From positions 57,040,001-57,104,000 of the forward strand of contig NC_092350.1 in assembly GCF_963676685.1 (NCBI RefSeq): DNA of 64,000 nucleotides, given 5' to 3'. The notes beneath the pieces are model-generated. The model saw only the letters and a list, made by a program, of their open reading frames with translations, did no database searches and was not told where the DNA came from. This DNA comes from Mytilus edulis (taxonomy: Eukaryota). The translations under genes and the position numbers were made by a program. Shown in pieces: positions 50,531 through 61,115 of this stretch (the first letter of the stretch is position 1; each line of letters begins with the position of its first letter).

Positions 50531-51841
50531 TTTGGTCTTGACTTGAAACAGTAAAATGTTAAGTTATAAAAACAGAACGTTAAGTCAAAATAAAACAATG
50601 ATAGGATGATATATACCTGTGCAGAATTGAAGTTATTTGGTGTTGTCTTCGAATAAAGTGCAAATGTTAGATCGTTTTGATGTTAAATTTAAAGACAATA
50701 ATGATGCTTAAAACATTACAGAATTACATGTATGTGAATTGAAACTGCAATTCTATGGAAAAGAATGAGGAAAAAATCCGCAGGATTTTTCTTCTTCATT
50801 TGCAAGTTGATGAATATTGATAACATTTTACTCAAGAGGCAAAAGGATATTCAAAAAAAGTTTTTCCATGTTTTCTTAGTCGGATTTATTTTTTATGATT
50901 CAAACCCAGTTTTTTTTTACGAACAATATTTTAGAAAATATTTAATTATCTATGTTGAGTGTTGATATATGCAACATAGTGTTGTCGCTTTATACGACTT
51001 ATGACTGTAAGGATCAAATTTCTACTCATATAAAATCACATCTATTAAAAGTTATCAGATAATTTGTATCTACCACTCCCCTTTTCCGCGAAATAAAACG
51101 TAGGACTTGGAGGATCAGATCTATATGAGAATGTGACCCCCGGGCCTTGATAGAGGTATCTGAAAATTTGAATGTTCTTTTCCCCGAAATAAAACAATAG
51201 AATCTGGACTTTATCAAAACCGATGCGAATACGATTTCCATAGAATGTCAGAGACGGTTTGTCGACTAGTTTGTTTAAAATTCGGCTGGTCAAGCAAAGT
51301 ATGACTTGTAACAAAGCAGTTTTTTTTTCATATTCATATCACATGTTCTCGTCCTGATATGCATGTAATATTTGCCACTGTACGTAAAGCGCACTCTTTT
51401 CCCCTAAATAAAACCATAAAAGAATGATTAATCAAAACCGATGCTATTTGAATGTCCATAGATTGTCATAGACGGTTTGTCAACTAGTTTGTTAAAAATT
51501 CGGCTAAGCAAGCAAAATATGTCTTGTACAGAGCCAATTAAGATTTATTCATATTCGTATCACACTTACACACTCTCGTCCTTATATGCATGTTATATTT
51601 GTCACTGTACACAAAACACAAATACATTATTATCATTTTTTTTTGTGTGTAAATGAGCCACATCTACCTATACCTATTTTGAGCACGTTTATAGATTGAA
51701 CACCCTGTAATTCATGTTTATTGGAGTTCCTCGAAAATTAAACACATTTCTTCTTTATTTGCAAAATCGCCAAGTGACGGGTGCCAACTACGAAACAGGA
51801 TCTGCTAACCCTTCTGGAGAATCTGAGGTAGACCTTTTTTA

Positions 51842-52125
51842 GGGAGCTACCATTTGATTATTATAGGGGGGGCTAGGATGAAATTTGAAAAAAATAGGCA
51901 GGACAGGAGTTTTGAGTAAAAAAAAAAAGGCAGGATGAGACACTTGCAAAAAAAAAAAGTCAGGATGACAATTATTGTAAAAAAAGTCAGGATAAACTAA
52001 AAAAAAAAAAACAGGACCGGATAGAGTGAAAAATAAAAAGGCAGGACAGAGATTACAACTAAAAAAAAATGCAGGACAAAATTTTTCATCCTAGCCCCCC
52101 CCATAAAAATCAAATGGTAGCTCCC
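51842..52125. mobile_element. PIF/Harbinger-like MITE
   Basis: TTA|GGGAGCTACCATTTGATT ... AATCAAATGGTAGCTCCC|TTA; internal repeats of (A)n-G(G/T)CAGGA. Confidence 0.8.
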
Positions 52126-52434
52126 TTAGTGTTCCGTGTTGCTCAGTCTTTGGTTTTTTATGTCGCGCTTAATATACTGTTGTTTGGCTTTTGATCTTCT
52201 TTCTAAGGTTTATTTCGGCTGATGAGTTTTTGTCATAACATTGTCAGTTTGGTTAAGAGTTTTATTATTCCTTTTGTATCTTTCGACTTCTTTGTCCAAT
52301 GATTTGTGTGTATTTCTATTCGTTTCTTTTCGATTCTCCCCTCCCCTGAACAGTATAATAGATAGATAATTGAAAACGGAAACCCTTTTCAGAAAAGGAG
52401 ATATACAAGTCACTCGACGTGACTGTTTTTTTTT

Positions 52435-52647
52435 NNNNNNNNNNNNNNNNNNNNNNNNNNNNNNNNNNNNNNNNNNNNNNNNNNNNNNNNNNNNNNNNNN
52501 NNNNNNNNNNNNNNNNNNNNNNNNNNNNNNNNNNNNNNNNNNNNNNNNNNNNNNNNNNNNNNNNNNNNNNNNNNNNNNNNNNNNNNNNNNNNNNNNNNNN
52601 NNNNNNNNNNNNNNNNNNNNNNNNNNNNNNNNNNNNNNNNNNNNNNN
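52435..52647. other. Assembly gap (N run)
   Basis: 213 consecutive N. Confidence 0.99.
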
Positions 52648-53071
52648 CTACAATCTAATCAAAGCAATACCAAAATAATTTTTGCAGTTTATCAAATTTT
52701 ACAGATTTTTTGATTTTTTCTTTTCATTGAAAACACATATAAATAGAGAGAAGCTGTAAAGAACCAAGAAACTTACTATGTACAAGAACATGTGTGACGG
52801 AAATCATTTATTTGCTTCTTATTATAAGTTGTAGGGAGGCATTGTCCATTAATGGATTTACAAATAAAAAATAAATAATTCCCCGAGTGGATATATTGAT
52901 AAACCTGGGCACTACATCTTATTTGGTGCTGGAATAATGGTTGAAACTGCTGTCAATGATGGGTTTTTTTTTAGAAAGTTGACGATTTAGACTGGAGGCT
53001 CTATGTCAAATTTCATTAGGTTTCATAGACTTCATGTAGGAGTGAAAAGTAAACAACAGAATCTAACATAA

Positions 53072-53370
53072 TTTGTGTGTTTTTGGTTGGCCCCATACAG
53101 TAGGATACTTCCACCTATCGATTCATCCGTATAGATACATTCAAATTTTCTAGATTATTATTCAATTAAAAAATTTCATTATATTGTTTGGTGTTGGGTT
53201 TTTTTTTTAGGGGTGTTTTATTTGTGTGTTTGGGTTGGCCCCATACAGTAGGATACTTCCACCTATCGATTCATCCGTATAGATACATTCGAATTTTCTA
53301 GATTATTATTCAATTAAAAAAAATCTTTATATTGTTTGGTGTTGGGTTTTTTTTTTGGAGGGGTGTTTTA
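53072..53370. repeat. Two-copy tandem duplication of ~149 bp
   Basis: ggttggccccatacagtaggatacttccacctatcgattcatccgtatagatacattc occurs twice in tandem. Confidence 0.9.
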
Positions 53371-53986
53371 CAGTTCTACTCTTTAGCGCATCATTTATCA
53401 GATCTGTTGGGTTTTATTTTTAGATTAAGTCCATATTATTTTCTTTTATTTTTGAGTAAGGGGGTTGTATTAACTAAAATTATCTGATAACTCTGACACA
53501 GATGTGGAGCTATAAGCTTAAACTTTGGTAGATCCTTTCCCACTGAGAGCATTTGAATTTTGTACGAGGAGATAACACAGATTAAGGCATAAGACTTTGT
53601 ATTTCCTGTCAATTAAACATATTTTTTTCATCGTGTAAAATGAATTTATACGAGCGAAAAAATAAATAATCACATGAGTATTATTATAAAAAGCCGTTTA
53701 ATCTTTACAAAAATTAAGAGTTAAAAAGCTCATTATGTATATTCTGTATGAATAAACGGGAATATGGGTTATGCGTAACTGAGACAGCAATTCAACGTCG
53801 ATTTTTTTTTTATCAAAATGCATAGTGAGGGTGACACACTTAACAGAATTCATCAAAGAATTGTCATTAAATTCGAATTCTTAAAAATTGACGAAAAACA
53901 TAAGTTATCGCCTTCGGCTCAGGGGATATAAACTCTAAGCCGGGAATGTCACAGTATATACCCTGTCTGAGACCTGAATAACACAT

Positions 53987-54430
53987 ATATTACGGATTAC
54001 CCCTGACTTAATGTTATTTTCCAGTGCAAGTATTTGTTGACAACACATATATGTTGAAAAACCCAACCTGATATGTTCGGCATACGTTCAGGATTTTCTG
54101 ATTTGCTGTGAACATAATTTTATAGTGTATGTAATAATTTATAATAACACTTTTAGCATTAAATTTAAGTATTAAAAAAGTGTAAATTGCGTGATTTTGT
54201 ATTAAAAATGTATTTTTGACTAACGCACGTCATTATTTTCCCTCTGTGAGCCTCTGACAGACCCATAGCTTTTGACTACGTCACATAGTAACCAGTGTTA
54301 TGATGACGTTTTTGAGGTTCCAATTGGGGATAAAAACGTCGTATATACCCCGGCAGTTTCCCGAATATATACTGACATCTCTGTGTTGTTATCCAATCAC
54401 AAACCTCGACACATTTGTAATCCGTAATAT
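53987..54430. mobile_element. Possible small non-autonomous element with short TIRs in a TA context
   Basis: ATATTACGGATTAC ... GTAATCCGTAATAT perfect 14-bp inverted repeat. Confidence 0.45.
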
Positions 54431-54939
54431 ATATATATATTAACACAAAACATAGATAAATATTTTCTTAAATATTGTTCATAAAAAAAAGTCTGGGTTT
54501 TAATCATAAAAAAAATTCCAAACTAAACATGTAAAAAATCCGGCAAAACTGTACTTAAGTGTGTCTATATAGCGATCAATATTTGTTTTGCTTTATGGAT
54601 TTATGGAGAACTTTCTTTGTATATCCTTTTGCTTTTTGAGTTAAATTTCATTAATATTCATCTACTTTCAAATAAAGAAGAAAAAATCCTGGGGATTTGT
54701 CCCTCATTCTTTTCCATAGAATTGCAGTTTCAATTCACACAATTCTTTAATGTTTTAAGCATCATTATTGTCTTTCAATTTAACATAAAAACGATCTAAC
54801 ATTTGCACTATATTCGAAGACAACACCAAATAACTTCAATTCTGCACAGGTATATATCATCCTATCATTGTTTTATTTTGACTTAACGTTCTGTTTTTAT
54901 AACTTAACATTTTACTGTTTCAAGTCAAGACCAAACTAC

Positions 54940-56272
54940 TTCAAATTTACATCGTGTCGTTTCAAGTCAACACATTGTATGATAATCCTCTCGTGACGTC
55001 ATAATGATATATCATCGTGCTATCTTAGCTCAGCAACACATACTTTCAACTGTACGTCGTGTAGTTTTGAATGCGCATATTGTATGGCCAGCCTATCGTG
55101 ACATTATTATGATTTTACATCGTGCTATCATAGCTCAACATCACATACTTTCAACTAAACGTAATGAAGTTTTGAATGAGCATATTGTATGGCAAGCCTA
55201 TCATGGTATTATTATGATATAACATCGTGCTATCATAGCTCAACATTACATTCTTTTAACTGTACGTTGTGTAGTTTTAAATGAGCATATATATATATAT
55301 AGTGTATGGTAAGCCTATCGTGACATTCAAATGACATAACAACATTCTATCATAGCTTATCATCACATACTTTCAACTGTACGTTGTGTAGTTTTAAATG
55401 AGCATTGTGTATGGTAAGCCTATCGTGACATTCAAATGACATAACAACATTCTATCATAGATTATCATCACATACTTTCAGCTGAACGTTGTGTAGTTTT
55501 AAATGAGCATATCGTGAGGTAAGCCTAGCGTGACATTAAATTGATATAATAGCATGCAATCTTAGCTTAACATTGCAACATTTCAACTGTACGTCTTGTA
55601 GTTTCGAGTGAGCATATTGTATGGTAAGTCCATCGTCACATTAAATTGATATAACATCATGCTATCATAGCTTAACATTACAAAATTTCAACTGTACGTC
55701 TTGTAGTTTCGAGTGAGCATATTGTATGGTAAGCCCATCGTGACATTATACTGATAAACCATTATGATCATGTACTTTCAACGTTGCAACGTGTTGTTTT
55801 AAGTCAACACATTGTATGGTGGGCCTTTTGTTTCAATATAGTTGTGTAGCATCGTGTTATCTTAACCTAACATCATGTACTTTCAACTGTACATCATGGT
55901 GTTTTAAATCAACAGATTGCATGATAGACCTATCGCAATATCACAATAAGATAACATCGTACTATTTCAGCTAAACATTTATTAATAACAAGTCAGCACC
56001 ATACATTGTAGCTGTTCAATTTATTTGTTATCATAGCAATCGAAGTGGATTACTGAGCATTATACATCTGCAAGCCAACATCATGCAACGTCAACTTCAC
56101 ATCATTTACTTTAAACTCAACGTAACGTTTGTTCGGCATATCATCACAACATCATGACTTATCATTATACTATCACGACTACAGCACTTGTCATTGCAAG
56201 TCAACATTGTGCAGATTCAACTTAGCATATTGTAATTCAGAGTTAGCATTTTGATGACTCAATTCAACATCA
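54940..56272 (-). repeat. Inverted copy of the 21/105-bp array (right arm)
   Basis: Reverse complement of the left array, with unit-number differences and a (TA)n expansion near 55288-55301. Confidence 0.85.
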
Positions 56273-56807
56273 CGCTGTCTTTACTTTACATTTTAAGATT
56301 CAGCATAGAGTTTTGTAAATCTCTAATATATGACAGCTGAGGCTTTCCATAGTATTATTTTTTTCACATTGTTCACTCTTACATCTGTCAAGCGAAGTTT
56401 ATGTTTGAAAAGTTTTACCTCATGTTTTTCACCGGTAGATGATATTTCAGTGTGAACAAACGAAAATGCACACAACAAACACACATTTTGACCATCTTAA
56501 ACACGTCGAGGTGTTAAAACACTTTCAGTTGCCATCATTACAGTTCATTTATAAATCGATGCGTGTTTTCACTGGGCGCAGCCATTTTCCAATATTTTTA
56601 TTTATTTCCATTCGAGTATGCTTGGATTAGAACTATTAATTACAACCGGAAAAATCGAAAGGACTAAAAATGCCAAAGAGAGACGATTTCTGATTGGTTG
56701 GCTCGATAGGTCACCAGATTTGACCTGTCTATCGAGTTTCGTTAGATCCTTGATGCGCGACATATCAGAACAGGAGCAATTAAAGGATTTAATTTTAATT
56801 AGATTGT

Positions 56808-56948
56808 AAAAAACTCGAACTTGTAAAACATATTTGTATACACCGCAAGTATAGGGACACATTATACAATAGAATAAAGCACGCACAGTAGTGGGAAGTA
56901 TGTTTTTCTGGATTTCGATTTTATAGTCAACGGCCATGGGGTCCGTGT
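56808..56948 (+). repeat. Continuation of the AcademX-derived unit to the right of the AcademH-like element
   Basis: aaaaactc.aacttgtaaaacatatttgtatacaccgcaag...cggccatggg matches 30999-31129 and 33860-33990. Confidence 0.9.
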
Positions 56949-57453
56949 AACACTTATCAATTCAAAGTTTTAAAAAGTTTTGAAATTTTAGATTTTTAGA
57001 ATTTTGATCAAAGTTTTAAAATATCAAAATTTCAAATCGTGTTAAAGTTTTGAAATTTTGAAATTTTAACCAAATTATTAAAATATTAAAATTCTAAATA
57101 TCGTTGATAAATTTGATAGTTTAGGAATTTAACCAAACTTTTAAAATACTTTTTCCTGAGGTAGAAAAGTCTTAGTATTTCAACAATTCAAAGTGATTGT
57201 TCAACACCACAAGTTTGTATATACTGGTTGTCATTTGATGTCCTCTTTTTAATAGTTCGTTTTTTTACCATGCATTAAGCTTTAACATTTCTTATTAGAA
57301 ATACTAATAGTTCGTCTTGCCGTATTCTATATAGCGTTATACATAGTTACATTGTTGACAGTCAGTTGTAAGATCATCCCCGTCCTCCGATTGATAAATA
57401 ATACATTTATCTTTTATCTATACAATAATAATGAGAGTTATGTCGATTGTATA

Positions 57454-57670
57454 CCGTATAGCGGGTTATTTTCGCGGGGTGTACATTTTCGCTTATTTTC
57501 GCGGATAGAACAAAATCGCCAAAATAAATTCCGCCAATTTCAAAGTGTACATGCAAAGGTATTGATAAAAGTTTCGAAACCGCCAAAATATTAACCGCTA
57601 AAATATTTCGTATACCTTATTCAATGAAAATCGCGAAAATTTACACCCGCGAAAATAACCCGCTATACGG
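57454..57670. mobile_element. Tc1/mariner-like MITE
   Basis: TA|CCGTATAGCGGGTTATTTTCGCGGG ... CCCGCGAAAATAACCCGCTATACGG|TA. Confidence 0.85.
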
Positions 57671-58365
57671 TATCTGATTGCATATATACCAGATTACATG
57701 CAGGGTATCCTAAATTTCAATATTTTGATAGATTTTTTTTCGATTAATTTGATTATCTATGATATAATGATGAATGATTTTTAAATCTCTAGCGGCACAT
57801 TGAAAGCAGATGCACGACAAGGACAAGATAAGAGTACATGCATATTAGCCGTATTAAATACTAAACCTACTCATTTAAACTGAATGTAAACATGATATGT
57901 TGCAATGCAATGTCAAGATATCTGGACACATCATTCCGACTCTGAGCCGATAATTGTTTCTATCTACTTCTTTATTTGGCGTTCTTAAACAAATAAGCAA
58001 AAAAAAACGGATTTTAAAGTCTTTGGTTTTAACAAACGACCGCTCGCATTCGATGCGAACACGCTACCGTTGCAGCCCTTATTATGTTTAAGATTTCTCA
58101 AATACGCATATTGTGTTTTTCCTTACAGAGTCCAGTGAAACTCAATGTGCGTTAAACAAGAAAAGTAACAAGTTATATTTCTTTATTAATTGACTTATTG
58201 TTTTTAACTTGTCATACATATCAAGTAAAAAAAGTTCTTCAGCTTGTCGCCTGCAATTTGATTAAATGGCTCTGTAACAGTTGGCCCTTAAGTTGATCAT
58301 TGTGAAGTTGACCCTGGTGAATCTAGTTCTGGTCAAACAGGCACTGGTACAGTTGGCCCTACAGT

Positions 58366-59516
58366 TTACCATTGTGAAGTTGGTCCTGTGGTAACTAGTT
58401 CTGAGACAAAACCCACTGGTGTTGGCCCTGCAGTTTGCCCTGCAGTTGGCCCTGGTGGAGTTGTCTCTGGTGAAGTTAGTTCTGGGTAATAACCCACTGG
58501 TGTTGGCCCTGCAGTTGGCCATGATGGTGTTCGGGCTGATGTAACTAGTGCTGAGACAAAACCCACTGTAAAATACAGGTACATAAATATTACAATAACT
58601 TTAAGGTAACAAAATAGTACTGAATATTAAAAGTAGATTTCAAGTACTGCAGATTTTTGGTACAGAAATAGTACCTATGCAAAAGGAGCTGTGTTTCAAC
58701 CAACGCGGACAGTTCGATACTGTTCACACAATTCGCTTGCGTTCAACTATGATCCTCTGATTTATTCAATTAATGTTCAGAATGTATTTTTTTTAATTTT
58801 CACTTGTACACATCAACGACATACTGAACTCTTTTAAAAGGTACCGAAAATAAAGAATTGAATGCAAGATAATTGCCCGAACAGTACTGACTTGATATAA
58901 TGTTGAATCGGTGTTTTTCATTTCGAATTCTTCTCAATCCACGAAAATTGGTATCCACGAAAACAAATGAATCCACAGTATTCGTTCTTCCTAGGTATTG
59001 CTCACTGAAAAGTCACGTAATGCAAGTAATAACAAGTACAATGAATTCTACATTTTGTAACATTTTTTTGGCAGCCTGATTAAGATATGCTAACATTTAA
59101 AGACAGCAGTCATTTATTTGTGATTATTACTTTTTTAGAAAATAAAACTGCTTAAATTTTAAAAGAAATCTTGTCATATTTATATGTCTTCGTCGAAGCA
59201 TGTGATGGATATCTCAATCCTAAAATGGAATAAACGCGTGTCGAAGGTTTTACTAAAACCTACGGGTCGAGAAAAAAAACGTGTATATGTCCATGCAATT
59301 TATGCATTATATAATACTCATACCGAAATATATAAAGAAACGTAATGTGGTCCATGTAATACTGATGTAAAATCACCATAAGTAATACAAATGTAACCGA
59401 AATAAGAATCAACAAAAAAAGGTAAATATTGAAGATATTTAGCAGGGTTATGATGTTTTCTTACCTTCAACGAACAGTAATACTAGGCATACACATAAAC
59501 AAACATAAATCTTCAT
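58366..59516 (-). CDS. Secreted Pro/Thr/Gly-rich repetitive peptide (83 aa) with CRP-I-like signal exon; may be a pseudogene
   Basis: Exons 59516-59465 (MKIYVCLCVCLVLLFVE, G|GTAAG) and 58565-58366 (VGFVSALVTSARTPSWPTAGPTPVGYYPELTSPETTPPGPTAGQTAGPTPVGFVSELVTTGPTSQW*). Repeats continue past the stop with further stops; AATAAA near 58187. Confidence 0.6.
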
Positions 59517-59641
59517 TCTTCTCTTATTCTCTGGTACTGACTACAAACATATATTTTTTTTTTTATATATCTGTATTGTTATTAAGCTTTTTTTTTTTAG
59601 ATTAACGACGTCTTGTGTAGACAATTGCAAACCTTAATTAA

Positions 59642-60211
59642 AGTCATAAGAAACCTCAAATCAAAAAAAATAATGCATATGTTTTTTATAACTCAATGGA
59701 TAGTTTTCATTATAAAACTTATGTACATATACTTTTTTCTGAAGAAAATTCTTTAATTTATTCATATTTAGAAGAAGTTTACTTTACTTTAATTGCTTGC
59801 TTCCAGCAACCAATTCCCCCGACATATTTTCCGTATGCAAAGTGACCTCAGTGTGACCCATCTAGTAAAAATCCGGTGATTACAATACGCATGGATGTCC
59901 TTAAAATAAACTATTATCTGAATTTACATGTTAAACACGTGCTCTCTTTCCATGCTTTTTTGTTTATTTTTTGTCGATTGTTGACTAACAGGTGACCATC
60001 GTTAAACTTCGGCTTCAAAACACGAACTTTAATTACCTGCCATATTTTCACAACAACACTGACCGATTGAAAAAAAATTGACGATTATACGAAATTTACA
60101 AGAAAAAAATGATAAATTCGTGCACAGAAGACTACGTTTATGATGTTTGTATGCATTGGTGCAAGAATTGGAAGAACATAATTTTTCACCGGTCACTCGT
60201 TTCTTATGACT
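59642..60211. mobile_element. MITE with TTAA TSD, Kolobok-like
   Basis: TTAA|AGTCATAAGAAAC ... GTTTCTTATGACT|TTAA. Confidence 0.75.
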
Positions 60212-60885
60212 TTAACATAAATGTGTTTTTAATCAGCACATGGTGTTCGATTTGGTGTTGACATAACATGTCTATTATTAAGAGTTGAGCTGTTTCACAC
60301 AGTCATAAATTCTATTATACAATACCATTTTTTGGTTTTGAATAAAGGCAACAGTAGTATACCGCTGTTCAAAACTCATAAATCCATGGACAAAAAACAA
60401 AATCGGGGTAACAAACTAAAACCGAGGGAAACGCATTAAATATAAGAAGAGAACAATTAAAACAGTTTTGCGCTAAATTTGAAATATTGTCAGAAAATTA
60501 AATATAGTTGTTAAAGAAATGCTCTGTTCTGTTAACCAAGACTGATTCGACTTTTTGTCTATATCTAGACTCAACTTCCAGAATCCCCGAACAATCTTAA
60601 ACAATGATCAAAACCAAAACCGCAAAACTAGTTATAAACATCTCTAACATAAAGAAATGTAAACCAATCAAAACAAACCAAACAACATCGTGTACAACAA
60701 CAATAACACAAACAACATAAGAACACAACACGAAAAACAGCAAAAAAAACACTGAATTCATGTCCCCAAGCTCAGGACCAGTACATACACAATCTAGGGG
60801 GTGTAAATATGTTGAGAGATGACAAACCCTCTTCTAACCTGAATACATTGAAGAAGGACACAAAAACAAGACAATACACGAGGAA

Positions 60886-61115
60886 CGGTCCGTGTATATC
60901 TGCGTCCATTCGTTTTTCGTTTTGAAATATCAAAAACAAAAAAACAAAACACGAAAGTGTTTTCATTTTTCGTTTTTGATTTCTTAAATACCAAAATGAA
61001 AAACAAAAGTGTTTTCGTTTTTCGTTTTTGATTTCACAAAATAAAAAACGAAAAACAAAAGTAATTTCATTTTTCATTTTTGATTTCACAAAAACAAAAA
61101 AACGAAAAATGAAAG
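60886..61115. repeat. Array of TTTTCGTTTT/AAAACGAAAA motifs, probably one end of a DNA transposon
   Basis: Direct and inverted short motifs follow a GC-richer start (cggtccgtgtatatctgcgtcc); no partner end seen. Confidence 0.4.

Larger units (their letters stand above)
49008..56351. mobile_element. IS3EU-like non-autonomous foldback DNA transposon with ~1.95-kb inverted arms
   Basis: GTATTA|TATGGAAAGCCTCAGCTGTC ... GACAGCTGAGGCTTTCCATA|GTATTA: 6-bp TSD and TAY..RTA termini, as described for IS3EU. Arms 49008-~50970 and ~54435-56351. No transposase seen. Confidence 0.82.
41055..56538 (-). pseudogene. AcademH-like transposase gene, multi-exon, disrupted by stops and nested elements
   Basis: N-terminal CLLC..CTKC exon split by the 49008-56351 insertion. 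Further exons near 48400-49000, 46800-46950, 45080-45550, 43981-44460 (YQLIGDNWDKNI..SLHLFN.IAVVDRI), 43320-43448 (PVFLGG), 42870-43000 (DRLTDER..KIEDFHRLM) and 41055-42221 (KYSIGS; NRFINLQGGKNNNIALDEFVEMLNRDSK). Confidence 0.8.
36627..56779. mobile_element. AcademH-like DNA transposon (RecQ-like helicase + transposase), inflated to ~20 kb by nested insertions
   Basis: 69-bp TIRs (36631-36699 / 56707-56775, one mismatch), possibly extending to a TAG terminus at 36627. They enclose convergent helicase (+) and transposase (-) genes. No TSD found. Confidence 0.85.

Noticed and set aside
52370-52678. ORFs 52370-52678 and 52419-52658
   Set aside because: Artefacts of translating the N gap.
36617-56790. 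9-10-bp TSD around the AcademH-like element
   Set aside because: No matching direct repeat found at either candidate terminus position.
56960-57150. Short AT-rich repeats (aaagttttgaaatttt)
   Set aside because: Low-complexity degenerate repeat without definable unit or boundaries.
58262-58522. 86-aa Arg/Asn/Cys-rich ORF (ANCRANT repeats)
   Set aside because: Alternative frame of the repeat; the phase-1 signal exon and acceptor select the Pro/Thr frame. Not formally excluded without transcripts.
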